Assembly (NCBI RefSeq): GCF_009914755.1
Contig: NC_060926.1
DNA length: 64,000 bases
Reading direction: 5' to 3' (one strand)
Source: the human T2T-CHM13v2.0 reference genome, Homo sapiens
Shown here: positions 1-16,135 of the stretch, one piece after another
Numbering within the stretch: the stretch's first letter is position 1
Layout: the number at the start of each line of letters is the position of its first letter
Program-made: the position numbers and the translations under genes
Notes under the pieces: model-generated
What the model was told of the DNA's origin: nothing
Seen by the model: the letters and a program-made list of their open reading frames with translations, nothing else
Database searches by the model: none

Positions 1-217
<217 letters not shown>

Positions 218-1149
218 CTAGAAACTACACAGTAGTGGTTTGGTCAAAAGGGCTTGGAATTTATTAAGAGCTAGAACCATGCACCATGTTTTGTGTGTCA
301 TGCTCACTTTTTTAGTAGGGAGACCAGAAAAATGCCACCATGGGGTATTTTCAGCTAAAATGAATGAAGTTAGACGTTATCTTTCCAAAGACTTGCCACA
401 AACCATGAAGCTCTGGGCCTGGCACTGGACAGCAGTTCTTTCCTTGGGTGTGAAGCGATGGCTGATCTGTTTGCAGAAAAGAAAATCAACAAAGACCAGC
501 AATTTGTACTGACCTCCTCTGTTCTTTAGAGCGTGTCAGAGAGCACGATTTCAAAACACACTGGGACCGCAGGTCTCTCATTAGTCAAAGACACCCCTGC
601 AACCTTGCCCTGGGTGATGTGGCAATTTGGGCAAAGATGGGAAGTGTTTTGCCCTCCTAAGCTGAGCCTCTGGTAGTGACCACTCCCGGCACCCAAAGAT
701 ACTTTGTGACCTCCGATGGGCTGATTGCTCCCTCCCTCTGTTCCTACCATTCCGGATTCTACCATATGAGATAAAGTTTGTGTCTCATAGACTCCACGAC
801 ATCAGTGAAGCTTGTGTTTTAGAGATGCAATATCCAATTCTGGAAACAGCCTTTTCTTGGCCCACTTCAAGAAGTTGGACTAAGCTTCAGGAAAACTGAT
901 ATAGAAGGAGCCCCAGATGGGGATGCAGGGTGACCCAGGTCCTTGACGACTTGACAGTGACTCTGAGTCTCCTCAAACTTCCTGGGCTACTTTGCTGTGA
1001 AGTGAAAGTCCAGGCCCCATTTATGTTTCTTCTTCCTCTGCTATTGCTGCTGGCAGCCGATGAGGTAGGTGAAGGGTCATAATTAATAGTGTTCGGCCCT
1101 TTAAATCTGGTCTCCATAGCACCTCCACAATGCCATTATTGTGTTCGTG

Positions 1150-1400
1150 CTGCCTGTGGGGACGCTGGCTGGTGCTCTCAAAGGAGGACTCTAAGGGAGG
1201 CCTGCTGAAGCCTGCCACCACCACCAGGTTTTCTGTAATTGGATCTGCACAGGGGCCTCAGGGAGTACAGTATGAAAACACCCATTTCCATGCACTCCCA
1301 ACCAACACGCTGAACAATCTGTACTCTTGGTGAGAAAGACCCATGAGGGACTGAAAATTCTTTTTCTACGTGACACTGAGAAGACAGTCACATGGTTTGG
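1150..1400 (+). other. Candidate distal alternative first exon of CLIP4
   Basis: Non-repetitive sequence ending in the strong donor TGG|GTAAGT (1400/1401), with a second donor GAG|GTGAGT at 1472/1473. TTTAAA and a paired SOX site lie upstream. Start is uncertain. Confidence 0.5.
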
Positions 1401-1649
1401 GTAAGTCTCACTAGAAAACCAATCTCCTGTCCATACAGCCCTCTGATGAAACTCATTTCTGCTAAGGCAGAGGTGAGTATCCTGAACACAGCGTAGCATT
1501 ATTTTAGACAGATGAGTGTGGGTTTCAGTAACTGGATATATAATGAGGCAACTTTGACATATTTTACAGGAATGCAACCTTTTGTACGTAATGGAATGAT
1601 CAGAAAGTCAGTTCAGCACTCCAAACTTAAAAGGAGTATTAAAAATGCT

Positions 1650-3470
1650 TCACAATTGACTTTTTTTCTTCTTACGATCAATGAATAGATAATGCTACAT
1701 TATTATGAACTAAAGCCTGTGGTTTACATTAGGATTCACTTTTGTGTTTTACATTCGGTGGGTTTTGACAAATGTATAATGTCGTATGTCCACCCTTACG
1801 GTATCATGCAGAATAGTTTCACTGCCTTTAAAAGTCTCCTGTGCTCCATCTGGTCATCCTTCCCGCTCTCTTTCCCAGCCCTGACAACCACTGATCATTT
1901 TACGGTCTCCATTGTTTCACACAGCTTTTTCAGCCTAGCTTCTTCACTTAACAATATGCACTTAAGTTTTCTCCGTTTGTTCATGGCCTGATAGCTCATT
2001 ACTTTGTATCACTGAATAATATTCCCTTGTATAGAGGTACTACGGTTTGTTTATCCATTCACTTACTGAGGAATGTCTTGGTTGTTTCCAGTTTTGTCAA
2101 TTATGAAAAAAGCTCCTACTAACATTCACGTATCGGTTCTCGTGTGGACATAAGTTTTCATATCACTTGGGTAAATGCCTAGGAGCATGATTGTTAGATC
2201 ATATGGTAAGACTATGCTTAGCTTTGTAAGAACTGCCAAGTGATGTTCCACAGAGGACTTATAATTTTGCATTCCCACCAGCAATGAGTGAAAGTTCCTG
2301 TGTTCCACATCCTCACCAGCATTTGGTGGTGTTGCTGTTTAGGATTTTAGCCATTCTAATAGGCGTGTAGTGGCATCTCATGGTTGTTTTAATCTGCAGC
2401 TCCCTAATGACATATGATGTTAGCATCTTTTCACATGCTTATTTGCTATTTGTATATCTTTTTTGGTGAGGTGTCTGTTCAGATCTTTTGCCCATTTAAA
2501 CAATTGAATTTTCTTTTTATTAAATTTTAAGCCTTGTATATTTTGGATAACAGTCTTTACCAGACATGTGTTTTGCAAAGATTTTCTCCTAGTCTGTGGC
2601 TTGTCTTTTCATTGTCTTAACAGGATTTTTCACAGAACAGAATTGAAAAAATATAATGAAGTTCAACTTGTCAGCTTTTTCTTTCATTAATTATGCCTTT
2701 GGTGTTGTATCTAAAAAGTCATCAGCAAACCCAAGGTCACTTAGATTTTCTCCTATGTTATCTTCTAGATAGATGTTTTATAGTTTTGAATTTTACGTTT
2801 ATGTCCACGATCCATTTTGAGTTAATTTTTGTAAAAGGTGTAAGATCTGGATTCATTTATTCGTATGTGGTTGTCCAGTTGTTCTAGGGCCATTTATTTA
2901 AAAGACTATCCTTTTTTTCCATTGAATTGTCTTTGCTCCTGTGTTATCAGTGGACTATATTTGAGTGAGTATATTTCTGAGCCCTTTATTAGATTCCATT
3001 GATTTATTTGTGTATTCTTCTGCCAATTCCACAGTCTTGATGGCTGTAGCTTTGTAGTATATCTTTAAGCCTGTAGTGTCAATCCTCTGACTTTGTTCTT
3101 TAAGATTGTGTTAGCTATTTGGGGTCTTTCGCCTTTCCACAGAAACTTCAGAATCAGTTTGTCAACATGTACAAAATAATTTGCTGGAATTTTGATTGGG
3201 ATTGTGCTAAATCTACAGATCACGCTGGGAAGAACTGTCATTTTGACATTATTGAGTCTTCTGATCCACAAACATGAAATATCTCTCCATTTATTTAGAT
3301 TTATTTTATCAGAATTTTATCATTTTCCTTATATACATTTTGTACATATTTTGTTAGATTTATACATAACTCTTTCTCTCTCTCTTTTTGATGCTAATGT
3401 AAATGGTATTGTGTTTTAAATTTCAAATTCCCATTGTTAACTGCTGGTATATACGAAAGCAATTGACTTA
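1650..3470 (-). mobile_element. Old L1 (L1MB/MC-like) 3' portion
   Basis: Minus-strand ORFs 2126..2308 and 3065..3271 resemble the L1 ORF2 C-terminal region (WIRRLN.VKM...IPIKIP...KLILKF). Confidence 0.85.
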
Positions 3471-3479
3471 AAATTTTAT

Positions 3480-3707
<228 letters not shown>

Positions 3708-4295
3708 TAAATCCCCTCTTTGCCTTTTTCTTTCATTGATTTCTTCTGTCTCTTGAAAGAGAAAATACTCAGGGTTTGGAAAAAAATATGAAATTAAATA
3801 TTTTAAAAATTAGACTTTATTTTTAAGTTTATAGAAAATCGAGCCGACAGTATGGAGAATCCCTATGTGCCCCCCAACAGTTTCCTCTACTGTTAATATC
3901 TTCCATTAGTGTGATACATTTGTTGCAAATTTAAAATTTAAGTTTAATGCAGTAAGTAGGTATTGAGTACTTTTAGGCATGAACAAGAAATGTTCCCTAC
4001 CCCCATGAAGTTCACAATTCCACTGAGAAGGCAGGAAAAAAATGCTGTCATATGAGCCATTAATACAAAATAATGCACAATTTGGTTTTAAGGTGTGTCC
4101 TCCTGAGCAAAGAGGAAGGCTCTGGAAGTGAGGTAGGAATGGGATAAGTGCAGGTAGATTACAGGCAAAGTCCAAGCAGAAGGAAAGGCCTGTGCAAGGT
4201 TACAGAGGCAGGAATGTTAGAGGGAGGGGCTTAGCACATATCACATTGGGCAGAGGTGGGAAGTGACTTTGAAGAGCAAACAGGACAGGGTCCAT

Positions 4296-5153
<858 letters not shown>

Positions 5154-5905
5154 GTCCTTCATGCTGCTGTGAGGAATCAAAACTTGATAAAGGGCTTAGA
5201 GTTGAGTTTCTGAGCAGATCTTTAGGATCTGGTTTTCCCAGGACCATTGGTTTTTGGCTTCACATATATCTCAAGCCAGATACTCTGCACCGTTTGCTTC
5301 TTTGAATCAAAATTAAAGGCTCATGCCAAGGAGAAGCACTGCTTCTGGGGGAGAGCTACCAAATGGGACCACGGCTTTTTCATTTGCCACAAGGGTAGAA
5401 TTTTGTGTGTGCACATAGGAGGAAAGCAAACAGCTTAGGAGGTCATAAATAGCAATATGGACCCTACAGGGAAATTGCCCTGAGTTCTCCAGGCCCCTTT
5501 CCTGGGTTGAACTCACTCTCCTTGAAGGCCTTTGTCATTTCTGGTGGTCAGGAAAACCCTGTGGGGTCTCTAAGAAGGGAGGAAAGCAATGAGGGAACTG
5601 AATGAACCCTATTGCTTTAATCTCTTCTCACTACTAGGGGAAGAGCAAGGAGGGCATAAAATACCCTATTTTTCTTTCTTGGTCTTAGTTAACTTATCTC
5701 AACAGGCGTCTCTAGATTTACATGGAATTGCTTATTCAGGTCATCAATGAGACTGCAGGGACACGAGAAAGTTTTGTTAGTGAAAGGACATATACACAAC
5801 TTTGGTCACACCTGCCCCACGAACATCACCTGCCTTCACAATCTCTCTAGGTATCCGCCCCTTCTCTGTTGTTTCTTTGCCCCCACTCCTACTGTTGCCA
5901 CCTGA

Positions 5906-6362
<457 letters not shown>

Positions 6363-6597
6363 TACACCACTTCCTTTCGGTTCCCACCCTGCCCCAGGAC
6401 CTCAGCACCCTCCCTAAAACTCCCCCATATATTCTGCATCAAGTCTGGACTCTTGGGCCTGGATTTCAAGATGTTCCCTCTCAAAACCTACCAGCCTGTC
6501 CCGTGCCTTAGTCCACTGCTGCTCATTTTACCCCTGGGCCTGGCATTTTTTCCTCCTTCTCCCTCCAAAGAACAATTTAAGTTCTACCTTCTCTATA

Positions 6598-6761
6598 CAG
6601 GGTTGCCACTTTGAGCATATAAAATATCAGATAGTTGGTTAAATTCTAATTTCAGATAGATAAAAAATGTTTAAAAATATGGGACATATACTAAAAATTA
6701 CTTATTATTTATATAAAATTTAAACTTAATTAGACAACCTATATTTTACCTGTCAACCTTA
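6598..6761. mobile_element. MER53-like palindromic hAT MITE
   Basis: Termini CAGGGTTGCCA...TGTCAACCTTA with an internal AT-rich palindrome. Confidence 0.65.
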
Positions 6762-7136
6762 TGTCTACAAAGCCTGTTCTTAATGACCCAATTTTCTCTG
6801 ATCTCCTTTTTTTAGTTTCTAAAACACCCAATTTAGTCTTTAATTCAGTATTTCATTCTATGCTATTTTATACTTATTAATTATATATATAATTTTAACA
6901 CTTATTGAGTAATTATTCAACATCAGGGAGTGTGCTAAATTCTTTTCATACCATAACTTACATTCTTATAAGATTCGTGATAAAGTAGGTACTGCTACAA
7001 TACCCATTTCATAAATGAGGGAGCTGAGTTTTTGAGAGGTTATTTTATTTATTTAAGGTTCCAAAGCTAATTAAGAACTTGAATGTTGATCTGTCTGTAG
7101 GGTGACCAACTTGTTTCAATTTTCGTGGCACTGCTC

Positions 7137-7455
<319 letters not shown>

Positions 7456-7722
7456 CACTGCTCTGTTTTTAAACTGAGGCCCGCATCCCAGGAACTCCCT
7501 CAGTCCTGGGCAAGCCCTAAACATCTGACTTCAACATTGAGATTCTATCTTACTTCTCATTTTTCATGGGTTTTAATTGTGTTCTCTCAGCTAGACTATG
7601 GACTCCCTAAGGAAAGGGACACGTCTTATGGTATTTACTCATACTAAGAATTACTTAGTAAGTGCTTGACAAGTCAGGAGTAGGAAGATCCTTCACAGAC
7701 CAAATCTCTTTTCTAGGGTCTC

Positions 7723-8160
<438 letters not shown>

Positions 8161-9088
8161 TGATGCCACTGGATTCTGCTTGCAAAGATGCCAGGCGATT
8201 GCTATCAGCAACAATGCCTCTAAATTGCTGAAAATGCAGCTCCCTGGTAGGTAGGTCACTTGACAAGCTGAGCCTTGAGAGGCATCCTGCTGTGAAGTCT
8301 GAGTTAGGGTATGGGTGAGGCTGGAGAAACAGAAGTCAGGGTGCTAGGACGAGCGGGGTGCAAGTGGGCGGCAAGCCAGTCAGCACCTTGCTGGATGGGA
8401 CAGCACCGTAGGAAGCTGTGTGGCTGTTGTTTTTTTGCTGGGACTCTGCTTTTGTCCAATGGGCACATATCCAAAAGATTATATATTATTACATTATTAC
8501 ATAATAACCAAGTGGTTAAAATGATGATTTGTGGGTGTTATTGCTAGGCTGCAATGTGTTTAATGAGGTGTGATAGGAAAGGCAGAAAAGACAGATTTCC
8601 ATCCCTCAAGGGTGTGTGGCTAACTTGTCTCAACTTCATTTTAAATGCCGGTTGGTGTTGAGCACACATTAAATATAAGAACTAAGCTGTATGTGGAGAA
8701 GTCATCTGTAAACAATCATTTGCTATTTTAAAGAAATCTAAGTTGAATTGGTAAAAGAATCTCAAGGTAACTGTCTTTTCTGTTGCTCCATCTTACTTCA
8801 AAGTGCTTGAAGTTTTTTATATGCCTTTAATGTTCAGGTTTTTTCTTTAAGAGAATGTAAGAGACATGGGGCACAAAGGTTAGGCAGGAGTTTCCATTTT
8901 GAACCGTGCTGACAGACTCCTCAGTCTTTCTCTCTTTAGAAACCCATGCTGGGTTTTCCCTGTCTCCAGAGGGCAGCCTCTCCATCTCAGTGTAACATTC
9001 AAGGCCATTCCTGGCCTAGTCTGGCTCCAGCCTGACTTTGCAGCTCATCTCCTACCAGCGTCTTACCATGGGTCTGCTCCAGCTAGAC

Positions 9089-9411
9089 TGCTAGGGACTA
9101 AATGTTTGTGTACCCCCAAATCATGTTGAAACCTAGTCCCCATTGTGAGGGGTTTTTGGAGGTGAGGCCTTTGGAATTAACTGTTTTTATAAAAGAGACC
9201 TCAGAGAGCTCCTTTTTCCTTCCCCCATGTGAGGCTACACTGAAAAATGGCTGTCTGTGAACCAGGCAGAGGGCCCCTGCCAGCCACTGCATCTGCCAGT
9301 GCCTTGATCTTGGGCTTCCTAGAGTCTAGAACCATGATAAATAAATCTCTGTTGTTTATAAGCCACTTTGTCTATGGCATTCCATGACAGCAGCCTGAAA
9401 GGACTGACACA
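9089..9411 (+). mobile_element. MLT1 (ERVL-MaLR) solo LTR
   Basis: MLT1A/B-like motifs ATGTTGAAACCTAGTCCCC and CCTTGATCTTGGGCTTCC...AATAAATCTCTGTTGTTTATAAGCCAC. Confidence 0.8.
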
Positions 9412-9529
9412 GGCTCTTCGATTACCATCATCTAAATACACACTGAACTTTTCTGCCTCTTAAGACTTTTCTCTTGCAAGGTATCATGGTTTAGCATTTA
9501 ATCTTTTTTTTTTTTTTGAGACAGCATTT

Positions 9530-10080
9530 AATCTTTGGATCTAGACTGCATAGGCTGAAATCTTGGTTCTTCTATTTACTATGTGATCTTGGATAAGTTA
9601 CTTAACTGCTCTATGACCTGATTTCTCCAACTGGAAAAAAATTAAAATGATACTTATCTTATAGAAGTCAAATAATGGAAGTACTTAGAACAATGCACAT
9701 CGCATAGTTTAAGTACTCAGTAAATGCTAGCTCCTTATTTCCATAACTAGATCTCATTACCCTTCTCACGTAGCTCAAAATATGTCTTTCCCTTGAAGAC
9801 TTTCCTGACCACCCCATCCTGCAATGTACTTCCATCTTGAGAAATCCCGAGTTCTGGCACTGTTCTTTGGTGGGTGGGTGGTTTCTGTTCTCATGCTTGT
9901 GTCTTATGATCACAGCTATTCATTGAGCACTCACTTTGAGTCAGGCTTGTATGACACTTGGAGGCACGTATTCTTTATCTCACTTTATAGAGGAACCAAC
10001 TGAGGCTCAGGGAGGTTAAGTGACTTGCTAGGGTTGCAGAGAGAGGTGATTCTGGGGTTCCAATTCAGGTTCCCCACACT
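9530..10080. mobile_element. MIR fragments (two, opposite orientation)
   Basis: MIR core motifs GTGATCTTGGATAAGTTACTTAAC and ACTGAGGCTCAGGGAGGTTAAGTGACTTGC. Confidence 0.7.
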
Positions 10081-10713
10081 TGCAACCATGACACTCTCTA
10101 TTTTACTAGGAAACAAGGAGTGAATCTTGCACTTGATTCCAGCTTCCATACTGCTTTTCAAGTAGAAGGCACTCAACATATTGCTGATGATTTGATGGGT
10201 CAGTATGCAAACTGTTGTCCTTGTAAGTGCCACCCAGTGCCTTCTGGTTGTGATGATCTTGATGATAAAGATATTGCATGATATATTTTGATGGGCCTTA
10301 AAAAATTAGACAATAGCTTATTCTTCTTGTGTTGAACTCTACGTGAATTAAAAAACAATTCTCACTTATTTTTTACCTTAACTATCCCCTGCTGTTTCAA
10401 ATATGGTTAGGTGGGGAATGTCAGGAACAATCTTATTATGAATGCTGCTTTTGTCACAAAGGAGACTTTCTCATGACTCAGTACCAGCTAATTAGTCTGT
10501 CAGTGGCTTTCTTTGGCGAGGAGAGTCATTTGATCCATTGTTGACAAGGTGCAAGCTGCTTTCTACCTACTCTGTGGCAGCTCCAATGGGTCTGACATTT
10601 TCTCAACCCCTAATCAAGATGTTATTAAGCTTCTGATGGTTTACAGCCAACTGGGATGAGAGTGGATTGGTTTTGTAAACAACTGCCAGAAAGACAACTC
10701 AGTGGTACTTTAG

Positions 10714-11131
<418 letters not shown>

Positions 11132-11142
11132 GAGACTGAAAT

Positions 11143-11310
11143 TGTTTTTTAGAGATGGGGTCTCACTATGCTGCCCAGGCTGGAGTGCAGTGGCTATTCA
11201 CAGGCACAGTCACAGCTCACTGCATCCTCTATCTCCTGGGCTCAAGCGAGCCTCCTGCCTCAGCCTCCCAAGTAGCTGAGACTACAAGCACATGCTGCTG
11301 CACCTGACTC
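11143..11310 (-). mobile_element. Alu monomer (FRAM/FAM/AluJ arm)
   Basis: Single arm with TSD TGAGACTGAAAT at 11131-11142 and 11311-11322. Confidence 0.85.
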
Positions 11311-11522
11311 TGAGACTGAAATCTTCAAAAACCCTGGCCCATTTAATCAACACACATTTATTGAATTAGTACTATGTGCCAGATACTATTCTAGGTACTT
11401 AGGATATAGCAGTGTTAGAAATAGACTACAATTCCTGCCCTCTTGGAGTTTCTTTTTTTTTTTTAAAGCTTTCTATTATGGAAAACATTTCAAATTCCTA
11501 TAAAAGAAGAAAGAATAATATA

Positions 11523-12057
11523 CAGTAGTTCCCCACCTCTTTATCCACAGGGGATATGTTCTAAGATTCCCAGTGGATGCCTGAATCAAATCCTATATGT
11601 ACTATGTATTTTCCTAAACTTGCATACCTATGATAAAGTTTAATTTGTAAATTAGGCACAGTAAGAGATTAATAATAACAACTAATGATGAAATATAACA
11701 ATTATACCAGCATCACTACTTTTGTGCTTTGTGGCCATCATTAAGCGAAACAGGGGTTACTTGAACACAAGCACTGGATGGCCTGACAGTCGATCTGATC
11801 ACCGGGCTGGCTACTAAGTGACTAATGGATAAGGAGCATGTACAGTGTGGAGGCCCTGGACAAAGGGATGATTCAGATCCCAGGCGGGACGGGGCAGGAT
11901 GGCGTGAGATTTCATCATGCTACTCAGAATGGTGTGCAATTTAAAACTTATGAATTGTTTACTTCTGGAATTTTCCACTTAATATTTTCAGACTGTGGTG
12001 GATGGCAGCTAACTAAAACCACAGAAAGTGAAACTGCCGATAAGAGAAGACTACCGT
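11523..12057 (+). mobile_element. MER44 (Tigger7-derived) DNA transposon inside an old L1ME fragment
   Basis: TIR-like ends CAGTAGTTCCCC...TTATCC and GATAAGAGAAGACTACCG, flanked by TA. Confidence 0.8.
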
Positions 12058-12827
12058 ACCCACCATTCAGCTTTAATAATTATCAATATTTTATTCTTTT
12101 TACATCTATCCCTCCACCACACACTTATTTTTAAGGGAGCACATTAAAGCAAATCCCAGACCTCAAACATTTTTCATACGTACTTCAGTATGGATGTCTA
12201 ACAGACAAGAATTTTTAATAGAAACATGACCATCATGTCATGATCATCATACCTCCCAAAATTAACACTATTGAAAATATAATTTAATATCCAGTCTAGG
12301 CTAAATTTCCCCCATTTGTCTAAGGAATATTTTCACATTTGTTTGTCTGAATCCAGATCCAAATAAAGTCTGGACATTGCAGGCTGTGGATGGAGCTCTT
12401 ATGTCTCTCCTGGTCTATAACCATTCCCCTCAGCCATTTTTTGGTTGTCAGAATTGGGTTATTTGTTCTGTAGAAATTCCCACATTTTGGCGTTGGATGA
12501 TTGCATCCTCATGGTGTTTTTTAAAAAATGATTTTTATTATGCCTTACATTTTCTATAAAATAATAGTTATTTCTAGAGGCTTGGTCAGAGTCCGTTTCA
12601 GTGGCAAGTGCTGGGGAGATTGTTGGACTGACATCCTCATGGAAACTGGCTTGTGTTATTTTTGTGTGCCAAAGATGCTTCTGGAGGCGTCTTATTGGCC
12701 AAAAATTTGGGGGGTGGCTGGTACCCGAAACTTAGCTTTTGTGCCACAGTGGCAATTTTCATCCTAATGCCATGTGACATTCCTTTTGTTCCGTCTTCCT
12801 TTATGTAGGCTTTAAGAAGACTTCAAT

Positions 12828-13085
12828 TTTTTTTAAAAAATAAAAATACATCATAATTGCATATATTCATGAGGTACACAGTGATGTTGCAACACATATA
12901 ATGTATAGTGATCAGATCACAGTCATTAGCACATCCATCATCTCAAACATTTGTTTCTTTGTGTTGAGAACATTCAATATCCTCCTTGTAGCTATTTGAA
13001 ACCATATAATATATTATTGTTAACTATAGTTATCCTACAGAGTTATAGAGCACTAGAACATATGCCTCCAATCTAGCTGTAATTA
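12828..13085 (-). mobile_element. L1MA 3' end fragment
   Basis: GGTACACAGTGATGTTG...CATCTCAAACATTT...ATCTAGCTGTAA, typical of an L1MA 3' UTR. Confidence 0.75.
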
Positions 13086-13235
13086 TAAAGAAGACTTTGC
13101 ATCATGTGGTGTCTGAGAGTGGCAGCAACTGGAGGGTCTGGGGAGCAGTGCCCCATGTAGGAACATGCAAATTCCTTTGTTAGTGTCTTCTCAGGAACTA
13201 GGGCTAAGAAAAGGGAAAATAAATTTATAGAATAG

Positions 13236-13559
<324 letters not shown>

Positions 13560-14138
13560 CTAGATCAACTGAATGGAAATATCTGAGGAGGTCTTTAAGG
13601 GTTTATTTTGCAAAAGATATCCAGGTGATTCTAATGCACAACCAGGAATGAGAAGCCCCATTCAGATAATAAGTCTCGTGCGGCTCAATGGAGTCCTCTT
13701 CAGTTTGTGGTCTACTTCAGCAGGCAGTCCCCACCTGCAACCTTGACAAAGGAGATGGATTAGAGGAGGGCAAGCCCAGGTAGAAGCAGTAGGAGGTTCC
13801 TGGGGTCTCCAGTGGCTACTGATTTGTAAGGATTTCTATGGTATGTGAATTTACTTAATAAATGATATCATAAACTTTTTGAAGAATGAAGACAGGGAGT
13901 TTGGTTTGGAGAATCCAAAAATATGATAGGAAGAAAGGATGACTCCAGTGAGCAAAAAGAAGAATAGAGTTGCCATTTACTGACATAGGGAAGGTTATGG
14001 GGAAGGGTTCCATTTTGAACATGTTCTATTTGTGATATGTAATGTATGCTGTAGAATGGATGTTGAGTAGGCAGTTGGATATACATCTGAGGTTCAGGGC
14101 TGGAGATAGAAATTTGGAAATCAGGAAAACAGAGATGA

Positions 14139-14462
<324 letters not shown>

Positions 14463-14499
14463 TGAATAAGGTCACCTAGTGAATGAGAAACTGACTTCC

Positions 14500-16135
14500 T
14501 GGAAACTGCATGAACAAGGTGCTTATAGAACCACTGTAAGGGTTTCTCTGAGGCATATCCAGGAGGGTGACTGCTGAGTCATAAAGCATACTGCTAATTT
14601 TTTTCACTAAGCACTGCCAGGTTGATCTGCAGAATATATTTACCAGTTTAAATTTCCATCAGCAGTGCATCTTTCCCCAGATCTTTGCCAATATTTGGGA
14701 TTATCTTTCTGATTTCTGCCATGCTGGTGGGTGAAGCAGTGGTGTGTTGAAAACAGTTCATGAGAGCTGATAAAGCACATTTCTTCCCAACTTCTTGTTC
14801 AGTGACCTCAAGCTACACTGGTAGCTGGAAACTGGCAGTGCTCAGAGTATTTGCACCATGGAAATTGGCAAACACTGTACGTTAGGACTTTTCCTTCCCT
14901 GGGGAGCGGGTTTTAAAACATAGACCAGCATATTGGTGGCTATGGGGTCACACTCTTTATATTCCCACTCTGATTACAAGTGGGGTTGAGCATCTCTTTA
15001 ATGCTTGCTTGCCATTCTGGCTTTTCCTTCTGTGAATTGTCTATTCTTATACTTTTCTCATTTTTATATTGGCCTTTAAAATATTTTATATTGACTTCCT
15101 TTTGATTTGTGAAAAGTTCCTCATGCATTTCAGATATTAATCCCTAGTTGCTTTTGAACATAGCACATGTTTTCTTCCAATTTGTCAGCCATCTGTTAAT
15201 TTTTTCTATGGTATTCTTAACTGAACAGAACCCTTAATTGTGATGCAGTCAAGTCATACAATTTTTTTTTGCTTCAAGGATTGTGCTTTTGCAAACCTGT
15301 TTTATGAAGTAAATTCCTAACCCACATTATAGAGATAGTCTCCTGCATTTTCTTTTGTATCATATGTAGGTCTGCCATTTATCTGGAGTTCACCTTTGTA
15401 TATGGCAGAACATGGGGCTCTCAACTTTATTTTTCCTTGATAAATTAAAGCCAGTTTCCCGAATGCCGTCTTCTAAATAATTTATATTTTTCTCATTGAT
15501 CTGTGGTACCACCTTTGTGTAAATGGAGGTAGCATTTATACGTGGGTCTGCTCCTGAGTTCTTCATTCTGTTTCCTATTTGCTCTATGTGTTCCTATACC
15601 AGTACCATAATATTTTTATTACTATGTGGCAATGACATAATATCTGGCATGGCAGGTCTGCTCTGGTTTTTATAATTGACTTAACTGTTTAAAATTTATT
15701 TCTCCTTATATATTTTGTAAGTTTGTTGAGTTCCCTAAAAATTTAGTTTCTGCTGGAATTTTGGTTGCCATAACATTTACTTTGGAGACTAAATGGATAC
15801 TTTTACAATGTAAAGTCATCCTATCCATGCTGTATCTCTCCACTTATTCAATATTTTATGTCCTTAAATAGAGTTTTAAAATTTTCTCCTTAAAGTTTTT
15901 GCAAGTTGTTGGGTTAATTCCTGGATATTATGCTTTAGAGTTTGTTAAACTTTATTGTTATTGTGAATGGTTTCTTATTGTCTGTTACATTTCCCAGTTG
16001 CTTACTGCTGATGTAGACAAAACTATTGATTTTTAGAAACTGATCTTGTACTTGGCAACCTTGCTGAGCTAACATTACTTCTAATACTTTGTTGATTCTG
16101 TTGGGCTTTTTATGCTGATGATCACACCTGTAAAC
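14500..16135 (-). mobile_element. Old L1ME fragment containing a hAT-like insertion (~14737-14935)
   Basis: Degenerate T-rich sequence resembling the L1 ORF2 3' region. Confidence 0.6.

Noticed and set aside
240-1577. Short ORFs at the window start as a separate gene
   Set aside because: No recognisable protein similarity or consistent exon structure.
6598-6761. Long hairpin as a possible miRNA
   Set aside because: Explained by a palindromic MER53-like MITE; there is no evidence of processing.
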